In this document: positions 1-9,100 of the stretch, one piece after another
Layout of the letters: every line of letters starts with the position of its first letter
How positions within the stretch are numbered: position 1 is the stretch's first letter
Assembly: GCA_965215735.1 (NCBI GenBank)
Contig: CBDCEF010000002.1
Location: 394,161-458,160 of the forward strand
Origin: Dehalococcoidia bacterium
Lineage (GTDB): Bacteria; Chloroflexota; Dehalococcoidia; Lucifugimonadales; UBA1123
Direction: 5' to 3'
Length of the DNA: 64,000 nucleotides
Notes under the pieces: model-generated
The model's database searches: none
What the model was told of the DNA's origin: nothing
What the model saw: only the letters and a program-made list of their open reading frames with translations
Translations under genes and position numbers: made by a program

Positions 1-778
1 GCATCTCGCAGGTCGCGGGTACGCGGTGATAGGCACCAGCAGGCAGATGGAGCGGCTGTCGGGGCTATTCGACGAGGCTGAAGAACGCGGCGTCCGCCTG
101 TTCGGCGTGGAGCTCGACCCCAACTCGGACGAGTCCGTGCAGACCGTGATGCCCGGCCTGATCTCGCAGTTCGGACGCGTCGACTCGCTGGTCAACAACG
201 CCGGCTTCGGAGTCTGGGGGCCGGTCGACAGCCTCTCGATCGACGAGCTCAAGCTGCAGTTCGAGGCCAATTTCTTCGGAGCCGTCAGGATGGTCCACTC
301 GGTGCTCCCGCAGATGCTGTCTCGCGGGTCCGGGCGGATCGTGAACATAAGCTCCGTGCTCGGTCGCATGGGCACGCCGTTCAATGGCGCCTACGTGTCC
401 AGCAAGTACGCGCTGGAGGGACTGAGCGAGTCGCTGAGGGCTGAGGTGAAGCCGTTCGGGGTGCATGTGTCTCTTGTGGAGCCGGGACTTTTCGCGACCG
501 ACTTCCAGAAGAACCAGCTCAAGGCCGCTCGCTCACAGGACGAGGACTCGGCCTATGCCCAGTACGTCGAGCGATACAACAGCCGTCACGACCAGTTCGA
601 GTGGTTTGCCTCAGACCCCATCAAGGTGGCCAGGGTCATTGAAAAGGCGCTCAGTTCGCGTCGACCCGCGTTCAGGTACCCGGTTGGACTCGACGCCCGG
701 ACCGGCATGTTCGGCGCTCGGGTTTTACCGGAGCGGCTGTTCCACGCACTGCTCGACCGCGCGACGATAGGCCGCTGA
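1..778 (+). CDS. short-chain dehydrogenase/reductase (SDR) family oxidoreductase, 5' end outside window
   Basis: The frame is open from nt 2 (HLAGRGYAVIGTSR...), so the Rossmann N-terminus lies upstream. NNAG (VNNAGFG), catalytic Ser (ISSVLG) and YxxxK (YVSSKYALE) motifs are present. Confidence 0.85.
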   Translation, partial: HLAGRGYAVIGTSRQMERLSGLFDEAEERGVRLFGVELDPNSDESVQTVMPGLISQFGRVDSLVNNAGFGVWGPVDSLSIDELKLQFEANFFGAVRMVHSVLPQMLSRGSGRIVNISSVLGRMGTPFNGAYVSSKYALEGLSESLRAEVKPFGVHVSLVEPGLFATDFQKNQLKAARSQDEDSAYAQYVERYNSRHDQFEWFASDPIKVARVIEKALSSRRPAFRYPVGLDARTGMFGARVLPERLFHALLDRATIGR

Positions 779-827
779 CTCAACATTTAACTGGCGAGCC
801 CCGCCCCCTCGCACCTACAATGACATG

Positions 828-1229
828 GCAAGGCGGCCGGGCGGTCGCTGCTTCTACCTCGTCGAGGCCCAGCTTCGCGTGTGTAGGGGGAGAGGAAAGT
901 CCGAGCTCCACCGGACAGGATGCCCGCTAACGGCGGGGCGGGGTGACCCGACGGAAAGTGCCACAGAGACATACCGCCCACCCCCAGCGTTTCCACGACC
1001 GCTGTGTGTGGTGGGTAAGGGTGAAAAGGTGAGGTAAGAGCTCACCGTCCCGGCAGCAATGCGGGGAGCCAGGCAAACCCCATCCGGAGCAAGGCCAAAT
1101 AGGGGGCTAAGGGAGTCCGGCCCAGCCCCGGGTTGGCCGCTCGAGCCTGTCGGCAACGGCAGGCCTAGATGGATGGCCGCCGTCCCGACTCCGGTCGGGA
1201 TACAGAACTCGGCTTACAGGCCGCCTTGC
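828..1229 (+). ncRNA. rnpB: RNase P RNA, bacterial type A
   Basis: Universal blocks are read directly: GGAGAGGAAAGTCCGAGCTCCA, ACGGAAAGTGCCACAGAGA, GGGTAAGGGTGAAAAGGTGAGGTAAGAGCTCACCG, CCGGAGCAAGGCCAAATAGGGGG and ACAGAACTCGGCTTACAGG. The P1 helix pairs 5' GCAAGGCGGCC (828-838) with 3' GGCCGCCTTGC (1219-1229). ORFs called across it are spurious. Confidence 0.93.
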
Positions 1230-1407
1230 GTTCTGTCCACGCAGCGCCGGATGCCTGCCCTTCTGTCCGCCGTCATTCCCTCACATAGTGTGTCCTGTAC
1301 TCCGACATGGTACGGGAGCCCACAGAGTAGCCCGCCGCCCTCAATTCACAGCCCTGCATGGTTTCGTTCGCATTGACACGGCAAGTACACAACTGTAACG
1401 TTGTGTT

Positions 1408-1533
1408 ATGTTGCCAGATTTCGACCGTGCTGGTCTGCTTCCGCCTGGAGTTCATTGGGTTGAGTGGGAGGAACTGCTCCGCAGGTTCGGATCTAATCCT
1501 TGGAGAATGCGACTCATGGCAGGACTGGCATGA
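1408..1533 (+). pseudogene. 41-aa N-terminal fragment resembling DUF6932 / nucleotidyltransferase-like proteins
   Basis: Hand translation gives MLPDFDRAGLLPPGVHWVEWEELLRRFGSNPWRMRLMAGLA*. From memory this matches the conserved N-terminus (LLPPGIH..tWeEf..rFG.n..R..L..gL) of a roughly 150-aa family. The ORF is too short for the ORF track. Its stop overlaps the next start (ATGA). Confidence 0.4.
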
Positions 1534-1955
1534 TTAAGAATGAGCGACAGTACAGGATCACCAGGGCCCAGGTGGAACGCTTCGAGCGGACAATTAAGGA
1601 ACTCAGGAGTCGCAGTCAGACGGAAAGCAACGTGCACCCCCTTATCGCTAGGGCTCAGGAGGACGCGGTAAGCAGCCAACTGGAGGACCTCAAGAGGGAG
1701 ATGAGGGAGTATGAGTCCCTGAAGACCAGCGAGTTCCCGATAGATGAACTCGAAGTAGTGTCTGGCCTGCCCTTAATGCTAATCAAGGCGAGGATCGCCA
1801 GGGGAATGAGCCAGAGGGACCTCGCTGAGCGAATCGGTCTGAAGGAGCAACAGATACAGCGTTACGAGGCCACCGACTACGCTTCAGCCAGCCTATCCCG
1901 GATCAGGGAAATAGTGAGCGGGTTGAGCGGCAAAGTCGATACCGCGGGATCATAA
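1530..1955 (+). CDS. XRE-family helix-turn-helix protein (antitoxin-like)
   Basis: C-terminal HTH: MSQRDLAERIGLKEQQIQRYE. The N-terminal IKNERQYRITRAQVERF helix is typical of HigA-like antitoxins. The start is taken at the ATG at 1530, which overlaps the upstream stop; the ORF track starts at 1500. Confidence 0.7.
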   Translation: MIKNERQYRITRAQVERFERTIKELRSRSQTESNVHPLIARAQEDAVSSQLEDLKREMREYESLKTSEFPIDELEVVSGLPLMLIKARIARGMSQRDLAERIGLKEQQIQRYEATDYASASLSRIREIVSGLSGKVDTAGS

Positions 1956-2086
1956 CTAGTACTCGAATTGCCAGGGACTCTAGATGCCCCAGTTCCGGTA
2001 GAAAGGAACTTTGTTACCTTCCAAAGGGAAATTAGGTCGGAGAACCTGGCCGATGCATTCGTCATCGACTTCGTACGTCAAAGTTA

Positions 2087-2224
2087 CCGGAGCAAGGCCA
2101 AATAGGGGGCTAAGGGTGTCCGGTCCAGCCCCGGGTTGGCCGCCGTCCCGACTCCGGTCAGGATACAGAACTCGGCTTACAGGCCGCCTTGCGTTCTGCC
2201 TGCGCAGCGCCGGATTCCTGCCCT
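2087..2224 (+). repeat. second, partial copy of the rnpB 3' region plus about 30 nt of its downstream flank
   Basis: Near-identical to 1084-1262 (CCGGAGCAAGGCCAAATAGGGGGCTAAGGG...ACAGAACTCGGCTTACAGGCCGCCTTGCGTTCTG...). It has a 40-nt internal deletion between GGCCGC direct repeats. Confidence 0.85.
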
Positions 2225-2268
2225 ATACCTGCGGTCATTTCCGCGCAGGGAGACCTTTGCATAGCTTC

Positions 2269-2295
2269 GTCATTCCGGCGAAGGCCGGAATCCAG
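2269..2295 (+). repeat. REP-like hairpin, family 1 (GTCATTCCGGCGAAGGCCGGAATCCAG)
   Basis: Perfect stem CATTCCGGC/GCCGGAATG. It belongs to the same family as 11 further copies in this window. Confidence 0.8.
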
Positions 2296-2337
2296 AAGGC
2301 CGTAGGTAGTGCCTGGTAGCTTGCGACCAAGCCCTTT

Positions 2338-2375
2338 TCACCCTCACCCCAACCCTCTCCCTCAAGGGAGAGGGG
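2338..2375 (+). repeat. REP-like hairpin, family 2 (CCCTCACCCCAACCCTCTCCC-loop-GGGAGAGGG)
   Basis: Stem CCCTCTCCC/GGGAGAGGG sits immediately 3' of the LRR gene stop on the minus strand and may act as a terminator. Related copies lie at 10821-10858 and 10870-10906. Confidence 0.65.
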
Positions 2376-2376
2376 G

Positions 2377-4386
2377 TTATTCAATGGTCTCCACAGGCGG
2401 GCTGCCCTGCGGCCAGCCGAAGAGGAAGAGGTTGACGACCTGTACCACCTCGTCCCTGGTGAAGATGCCGCCGAACAGGTAATCGCCAATAGCAGTGATG
2501 ACTTCTTCCCTGCCGATCGCGCCGTCGTGGTCATCGTCGTATGGAAGCCCCAGCGTTAGTTGGACAGCCGCCGTGTTGCCGTTGCCATCTGAGTCCTCCG
2601 CTACATCTGCGGCGATGTCCACAGTCACCACGCCGACGGCGTTCGGCGTCACGTCGAACGTATAGACCGAGTCGCCATCGCTGCCGACAAAGTTGCCGGC
2701 TGAACCGTTGTCCACGGTAACGTCGCTCACGGCAAAGCCGTTGACCGGTTCGCTGAACGTGGCCGTCACGGGAATTGGTGAGTTAATCCTCACCTGGTAG
2801 TTCGCGGAGTCGATGCTTATGATCACCGTCGGTATGCCGCAGAACGGCAATCCAAGTTCACCGAGGTCGTTGCTGACGACACGCTGAAGCGCCGCTGGAA
2901 TGCACCCGGCCAGCTGGTTGTCGCGGAGGTATAGGCCACTCAGATTGGGCAGGTTGCCCAACTCCGGGGGTATTGACCCGGTCAGCTGGTTGTTGTGGAG
3001 GTACAGGCCCTCCAGCTTGGAGAGGTTACTTAACTCCGGTGGTATCGACCCGCTCAAGCGGTTCTCCCAGAGGTATATTCCGGTGACTCTTCCATCCGCG
3101 TCGTTGGTGACGCCGTACCATTCTCTAATTGGCCGGTTGCTCAGCCAGTTGGAATTGTCCTCCCAGTTCGCACCATCCGTGGCGCTGTAGAGATCGGCCA
3201 GCACGGCCCGGTCCTCCTGCGAGTCCACCGGTGCGCAGCTGCTGCCGTGGACTGTGTCTATGCCCTGTAGCCATGTCTGGAATGCGTTATCGACAGGGGC
3301 GCATAGACCAGCGTTGCTGAAGAAGGCTAACCTCTCCAGAGATGTCAGCCTTGTCAAGCTGTCTGGGATATCTCCCCTCAGTTCATTCTGACTGAGCCAC
3401 AGATATCTCAGGTTGGACAGGCTACCGAGTTCGCCGGGAATCGTGCCGCTCAACTGGTTTCCGTTGAGCCACAGATCCGTCAGGTTGGACAGGTTACCGA
3501 GTTCGCCGGGAATCGTGCCGCTCAACTGGTTTCCGTTGAGCCACAGATCCGTCAGGTTGGACAGGCTACCGAGTTCGCCGGGAATCGTGCCGCTCAACTG
3601 GTTGTCCCGAAGCGACAGATCCGTCAGGTTGGAGAGATTCCCCAGTTGTGTTGGAATCGTACCGGACAACTGGTTACCCCAAAGCATCAGTTCCCTCAGA
3701 CTGGCCAGATCGCCCAGTTCTGCGGGGATTGTCCCTGTCAGCTGGTTATCCCAGAGCCATAGATTTATCAGGTTGGACAAGTTGCCCAGTTGCGGAGGAA
3801 TCGTGCCGGTCAACTGGTTGTCCAAAAGCCACAGTACTATCAGATTGGATAGGTCACCCAGTTGCGGGGGAATCGTGCCGGTCAACTGGTTGCGCGAGAG
3901 GTTCAATCCTGTCAGGTTGGACAGCCCACCCAGTTCTGATGGGATTGTCCCGGTTAACTCGTTACCCCCGAGGTCGAGTCCTGTCAACTTGGACAGGTTG
4001 GACAGCTCACTGGGAATCGTTCCGGCCAGCTGGTTAAAGGAGAGGTCCAGATATGTCAGACTGGACAGGTTTCCCAGCTCGCCGGGAATCGTACCGGACA
4101 GTCCTCTGCCACCCAGCGATATACTAATTACTCTCATTGGCGTTCCACCCACGGAGATGCCGTCCCAGTCCTCGATGGGAGTGTCCGCAGCCCAGTTCAG
4201 CGTCCCTGTCCCCAACAGGGTGTCTCTGACATCGAGCAGGACTTCGCAATCGGCCGCCAGCGCAGTCTCGCTGGCTGAGACCGCGCCCTGGCTGGCACAC
4301 TCGGTCTGCGCGTTGGCAAGGCTGTCAGGCCCCCACAGTACGGCAACGACCAAAGCAACTGTCAGGCCCGTTACGAGATATCTCAT
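2377..4386 (-). CDS. secreted leucine-rich-repeat protein (plant-type 24-residue LRRs) with C-terminal Ig-like and dockerin/EF-hand-like modules
   Basis: More than 15 repeats follow LxxLxxLxLxxNQLTGTIPxxLGxLSN. There are two LRRNT-like caps (...NWAADTPIEDWDGISV...; ...NWLSNRPIREWYGVT...). The signal peptide is MRYLVTGLTVALVVAVLWGPDSLANAQ. The C-terminus reads DDDHDGAIGREEVITAIGDYLFG. The start is taken at 4386 (MRYLV); the ORF is open to 4461. Confidence 0.85.
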   Translation of the reverse strand: MRYLVTGLTVALVVAVLWGPDSLANAQTECASQGAVSASETALAADCEVLLDVRDTLLGTGTLNWAADTPIEDWDGISVGGTPMRVISISLGGRGLSGTIPGELGNLSSLTYLDLSFNQLAGTIPSELSNLSKLTGLDLGGNELTGTIPSELGGLSNLTGLNLSRNQLTGTIPPQLGDLSNLIVLWLLDNQLTGTIPPQLGNLSNLINLWLWDNQLTGTIPAELGDLASLRELMLWGNQLSGTIPTQLGNLSNLTDLSLRDNQLSGTIPGELGSLSNLTDLWLNGNQLSGTIPGELGNLSNLTDLWLNGNQLSGTIPGELGSLSNLRYLWLSQNELRGDIPDSLTRLTSLERLAFFSNAGLCAPVDNAFQTWLQGIDTVHGSSCAPVDSQEDRAVLADLYSATDGANWEDNSNWLSNRPIREWYGVTNDADGRVTGIYLWENRLSGSIPPELSNLSKLEGLYLHNNQLTGSIPPELGNLPNLSGLYLRDNQLAGCIPAALQRVVSNDLGELGLPFCGIPTVIISIDSANYQVRINSPIPVTATFSEPVNGFAVSDVTVDNGSAGNFVGSDGDSVYTFDVTPNAVGVVTVDIAADVAEDSDGNGNTAAVQLTLGLPYDDDHDGAIGREEVITAIGDYLFGGIFTRDEVVQVVNLFLFGWPQGSPPVETIE
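3409..3624. repeat. three tandem 72-bp units inside the LRR gene
   Basis: CAGGTTGGACAGG(C/T)TACCGAGTTCGCCGGGAATCGTGCCGCTCAACTGGTTTCCGTTGAGCCACAGATCCGT occurs at 3409-3480, 3481-3552 and 3553-3624. The first two units are almost identical, and each unit encodes one LRR. Confidence 0.9.
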
Positions 4387-4710
4387 TACGCGTCGTCTAC
4401 CCTGGCTGCCACCGACTCCCCCATGTGCTGTCACGTTTCCAGAGCAGCCTATCACCGACAAGTCGTCTTTGTGAGTGACGAACCTCTCGCTGACTCCCCC
4501 ATTTCCAGGAAGGTTTAGAGCTCACCCTGGACACGCCCAAGGCCGAAAATTGGAATCGTCCCGGTGCAGTCTGCTACAGTTAACCTATAAAGCGAACCCG
4601 GGCCCCCGGGATCGAGCGGCATCTGTCCATAGACATTTTTCCCTTCTCCATCTCCCCTCCGCCTGTGCACGCTGCTGTTTTTACCCCAATCAGACTAAGG
4701 AAGAATCTCC

Positions 4711-4770
4711 CCGTATGCCATCTGCACCCCCATCTACTCGCCGTATGCCATCTGCACCCTCATCTACTCA
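4711..4770 (+). repeat. 30-bp tandem duplication spanning the helicase start codon
   Basis: CCGTATGCCATCTGCACCC(C/T)CATCTACTC(G/A) occurs twice, giving RMPSAPPSTR/RMPSAPSSTH and two in-frame ATGs (4715 and 4745). Confidence 0.85.
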
Positions 4771-6109
4771 CCGCCGCTCCGGACTCAGACAAGAGTACGA
4801 CGTCGTCTGCACTGATTGCAGCGAGTCTACTACCGTCCCGTTTCGTCCGGCTCCCGACCGGCCCGTGTACTGCCGTCCCTGCTTCACAGACCGGCGGGAC
4901 TATCAGGCAGCGGCAGAAGGAAAGACCGAACCTCGATCAGACGCCGCAGACCACGTGTTTCCCGGCATACAGGTGAGCGACGCCACCAGGGCAGCGGTTG
5001 CCCGGATGGACATAACGGAGCCCACTCCGATCCAGTCCAGGGCCATCCCCCATCTTCTCGATCGACGGGACCTGATTGGTCAGGCGCGCACCGGCTCAGG
5101 CAAGACACTGGCTTTCTCGATACCCATGGTGGAGCACTGCGATCCGTCGGTTCGGAGGATACAGGGTCTCGTACTTGTGCCCACCCGTGAGCTGGCCATC
5201 CAGGTCGCCGGTGTAATGGAGGCCCTGGCCACGCCGCACCGCCTGAGGGTGACATTGCTCTACGGCGGGAGGTCTCTGAGACCGGAGTACTCAGCGCTTG
5301 GTAGGGGACCGCAGATCGTAGTCGGCACTCCCGGACGTACACTGGACCACCTGAGACAGGGTAAGCTGGACCTGAGAGCAGTCAGGTTGCTCATTCTGGA
5401 CGAGGCCGACGAGATGCTGGACAAGGGTTTCCAGCACGACGTCGAGGCCATTATCAGTGGTACTCCGTCAGATCGTCAGACGGCGCTCTTCTCGGCAACC
5501 ATGCCCGAGTGGGTGGCAAAGACCTCCAAGAACCAACTGCACAAACCCATCAAGGTGGAGGTGGACGCCGACCTGCGGAAGCTGCCGTCGGTGAATCACG
5601 TGGTCTACTCGATACGTAAAGATGAAAAGATCGATGCGCTGCGAACGCTGCTGGACGAGCGCGACGCAGGCCCGGTGATCGTTTTCGGCCGGACCAAGCG
5701 CGGCGTGAGAACGCTCGCCAGACGACTCGAAACGTTCGGGTACAGCGTCGGGGCGCTACAGGGCAACATGAGCCAGAACGCGCGCGAACGGGTGATGAAA
5801 GATTTCCGTGCAGGCCATACGTCTGTGCTGGTCGCGACCAACGTGGCCGCCCGAGGCCTGGACATCGAGGGCATCGAGCACGTCATCAACTTCGATCTGC
5901 CGGACTCGGAGCTGCTCTTCACCCACCGTGTGGGCCGGACCGGACGCATGGGGCGCGAAGGCGAGGCAATCACGTTCGTAACCCCTGACGAGGAGAAGAA
6001 GTGGGATGAGATCGAGCGCGGTCTTGGCGCCCGGCTCGCCCGCAAGCCTTGGACTGCCTACCGCCGGAGGGCTAGGACCAACCAGGCTCACTCCGACCGG
6101 TACAGATAG
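4715..6109 (+). CDS. DEAD-box ATP-dependent RNA helicase with N-terminal CxxC...CxxC zinc-ribbon
   Basis: Motifs present: Q motif (TPIQ), motif I (ARTGSGKT), PTRELA, TPGR, DEAD (LDEADEML), SAT, ARGLD and HRVGRTGR. The N-terminus reads VVCTDCSESTTVPFRPAPDRPVYCRPCF. AAGGAAG lies about 12 nt upstream of the ATG at 4715; the ORF is open from 4475. Confidence 0.9.
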   Translation: MPSAPPSTRRMPSAPSSTHRRSGLRQEYDVVCTDCSESTTVPFRPAPDRPVYCRPCFTDRRDYQAAAEGKTEPRSDAADHVFPGIQVSDATRAAVARMDITEPTPIQSRAIPHLLDRRDLIGQARTGSGKTLAFSIPMVEHCDPSVRRIQGLVLVPTRELAIQVAGVMEALATPHRLRVTLLYGGRSLRPEYSALGRGPQIVVGTPGRTLDHLRQGKLDLRAVRLLILDEADEMLDKGFQHDVEAIISGTPSDRQTALFSATMPEWVAKTSKNQLHKPIKVEVDADLRKLPSVNHVVYSIRKDEKIDALRTLLDERDAGPVIVFGRTKRGVRTLARRLETFGYSVGALQGNMSQNARERVMKDFRAGHTSVLVATNVAARGLDIEGIEHVINFDLPDSELLFTHRVGRTGRMGREGEAITFVTPDEEKKWDEIERGLGARLARKPWTAYRRRARTNQAHSDRYR

Positions 6110-6161
6110 GGGATAGAGAGAGTCAGCTTCCTCCGGGTGAGGGTGAAACAACTTTCGTTGC

Positions 6162-9100
6162 TCACTGACTCTGTGTCACCAACTCCAGAATCGCTGAGAC
6201 CCTTCTCCCAACTTCAGCGAAGTGCTGGACCTCATCGGGCAGCAGCGACCTCCCCAGCACCTTGCGCTCCCGATACGACAGCCACTTCTTGAGCACCTGG
6301 TAGCCCCCGAGCTTGTAGCTCCACACGTTGGCCGGCACGTTGCGCCAGTACGCCCGGTCGTTTAGGTAGACGTCGAACGTGGAGTCGCCCAGCGTCGAGA
6401 CCGCACCGCCCAGCGCCTCGCGCTCCTCCGACGTGTACGCCCTCTCGACGACCCGACCCTGGCCCGGCATCACCGCCTGGCCCGATCCGAAGTGACCCCA
6501 GCCCATCATGACGTCGAAGTCGTCGCCGTCCATGTTGCCCCCGTTCGTGGTGGAAGGCACGGCGATGACCGCGATCTCAGGACGCAGCACTCCAGACGTG
6601 ATCCCTGGGACCGGCGTGTCCGAGTCGAGCAGCGCCGCAAGCCTTCGGCCACGCGCCGCCGACTCCGCCAGCTTCCCCGCAGATCCGACCTCATCCCCGT
6701 CCGGCCAGCCAGGAATCGGGATGCGAGGCCACTCCATCCTGAGCGCCCCCGCGTTCGCCTCACGGTACGCCGGATCGTGCAGCACCGCGAGGACGTGATG
6801 GAACAGCTCCTCGACTTCCGCGCCGATGCATTCGAGGTAGTGCTGTGCGGCCGCCGACAGGTTGGGACGACGCTGGATTCCGTCTCCTTCGACTCCCAGC
6901 CCGTCGTCGCGGAGATAGGCAGGGAACATGTTGGCGCCGCGCTCAATGAGGTGCCGTGCCCCGATATGTACTATGAAACACGCCTGCGGTTCTGCGGCTC
7001 CTTTCCGTATGTGTTGCGCATTAGAGAACCACAGATTTCCCTCAAATACATGAGGTCTGTAGTCACCTACAGGGCGTCTCAGCAATCCACCTTCTGATTC
7101 CCAGTAGAGCCATCGATGATCGAAGGGTCGGTAAGCATGACGTAGGAAGCCCTCACCTTTGGAAGACTGTGCGAGGCGTGCGTTACGCACCGACCTGGCA
7201 TTGAAGCCCGATGTATTTTTCATTGCTCCAGGATGGCGTCGTGCGATCTCTTCATGACTCAAGTCAGCATTGAAGTAGTCTGTGACACGCTCCTTCAGAC
7301 GTTGTAGGTCTATGGCGACCAGAAATGAATCCCGCGCAGTCTCAACGCCCGGAAACGAGACTGGGAACAAGTCAGGCAGCGCCGGCCAGTCATGCCAGCC
7401 TTCGCTGACTGCCACTGAAGCAAATGGCAGACCAAGCGGGAGGACCGGCGAGACCTCATCGTACAGCGCGGCCGGCTTGGACTCCGACGTCTCGGTCAAC
7501 TCCTCGCGCTTGGACTGTCCCCACAGGTTGCGAAAGCCGATCGTCTCGGTCGGAGCGTGATCGGCCTTTCGCACCAGCGTAGTGATCGCTGTCCCGACCT
7601 GTATGCCGACGGGATCGACTGGAGTCGAAAAGATGCTGGGGTCGGGAGAGCCGTCAGGCGCGACCTTACCGGTCCTGTACTTGTCGCCGTTGAGACTGTC
7701 GATGCGTATAGCGTCGAACTCTCTCAGGTAGCGCTCCCTCATGCCGGTGAACGACAGCCCGTCCAGCCACGAGTAGTTCGATATGAAGCACACCACGCCC
7801 TGTCCGGTCTTCTCGGTGATGCGATGCTCTGCCATCCTGAAGAAGCGCACGTACAGGTCGTTCAGACCCTGCCCCTCCGGTCGCCGTACCAGCCAGGTGT
7901 TCCGGTATGCGGCCGACAGCTCCCGCTCCTCGTCCACCGCCATGCCCGCGTACCCGTTGTACGGAGGGTTGCCCAGGATGACCAGCACCGGCGTGTCCTG
8001 CTTCACACGCTCGGCGCGGTCGCGTTCCTCCTCAAGCTCAGGGAACGGCAAGGGCTTCTGCACCGTCGGCTCCCAGCCGGTGAGCGCGTTCGTGAGAAAT
8101 ATCCCGGCGCGCTCCGTCTCGTCTGACAGCGGTGCGTCGAGGTCCTGCATCGTCAATCCGACTTGCAGGTGCGCCACCACGAATGGAGCAGGCATGATCT
8201 CGAACCCGAACACGCGCTCGGTGGCCGCCTGCTTCACCCGCGACCCGACCAGCGCACCAAGTCCACTGCCCTCCAGGTTCTGCGCGATTCGGCGCAGAAC
8301 CTCGCCGACGTACGCGCCTGTGCCACAGCACGGGTCGAGCACATAAACGTTCTCAGCCGCCAGCCCGTCTTCGATGCCGAGGTCGTCTTTGAGCGCCATG
8401 TCCACTCGCGCGACCATGTACCGCACAACCTCGGACGGCGTGTACCAGACTCCGAGCTGCTTTCTCAGCACAGGGTCGAACGCTTCCAGGAACGGCTCGT
8501 AGAAGTATTGCACCGCCTCTCCCTCGTCGAACCGCTCGAAGAACGCCTCACGGTCAACGCGGTCGAGCGCGTCGGCTGTCCAGTCAAGCACCTCGACCAG
8601 TCCCAGCGGCTCCAGCTGACCGGGGTTGGAAAGCTGCTGGAACAGAGCCCTGAGCACCGGCGCGCGCAGATGCCACACAGCCAGCCGCCAGTCGAACCTG
8701 CCAGCCGGCGGCGGGGTCTCACGAGACCACAGCACCCACGCCGAGAACACTCCGTAGAAGAGCGTCTGCACCAGCGTAGACCTGAAGAACGCCGCGCCGC
8801 GGTCGCCCTCGAATCGCACGCCCAGCGCGTCCTCCAGCGCCGAGCGCAGAACTGAGAGAGAAGATGAGTCTCCTGAAGACTCGACCCGCGCCAGTCCGTC
8901 CCTCGCGTAAGACGCAAGCAGCCAAGCGAGATCGCGCGGCTCTGCGAGCGTGGCGCGATGGGACAGCGCGCGGCACAGGTACTCGCCAAATCCGGCGCCG
9001 ACCCGACGGGCGAACGCCCGCGGCCTCTGAAGCCCGGACTCGAACTCCTCCTCGGAGTCGGCCAGCCTGAAGGTCTCCAGCTTCGCGGGTCTGCCCTGCG

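Noticed and set aside
854-2319. ORF-track entries overlapping rnpB and its partial copy (787-996, 825-1037, 854-1156, 1059-1376 and 2011-2319).
   Set aside because: The region is an RNase P RNA with all universal sequence blocks. The ORFs are artefacts of structured high-GC RNA sequence.
3409-3624. Regularly spaced near-identical 72-bp repeats that could be mistaken for a CRISPR array.
   Set aside because: The units are contiguous with no spacers. They lie inside a long ORF, and each encodes one leucine-rich repeat. No cas genes are present. No CRISPR array was seen anywhere in the window.
3413-4474. Long antisense ORFs opposite real genes. Examples are 3413-4474 (+) opposite the LRR gene, 22135-23190 (-) opposite the enolase-family gene, 16747-17574 (-) opposite the portal gene and 57080-57862 (+) opposite Uma2.
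   Set aside because: The translations are low-complexity and Arg/Pro/Gly-rich, as expected for mirror frames in high-GC DNA. The opposite strand carries clear family motifs in each case.
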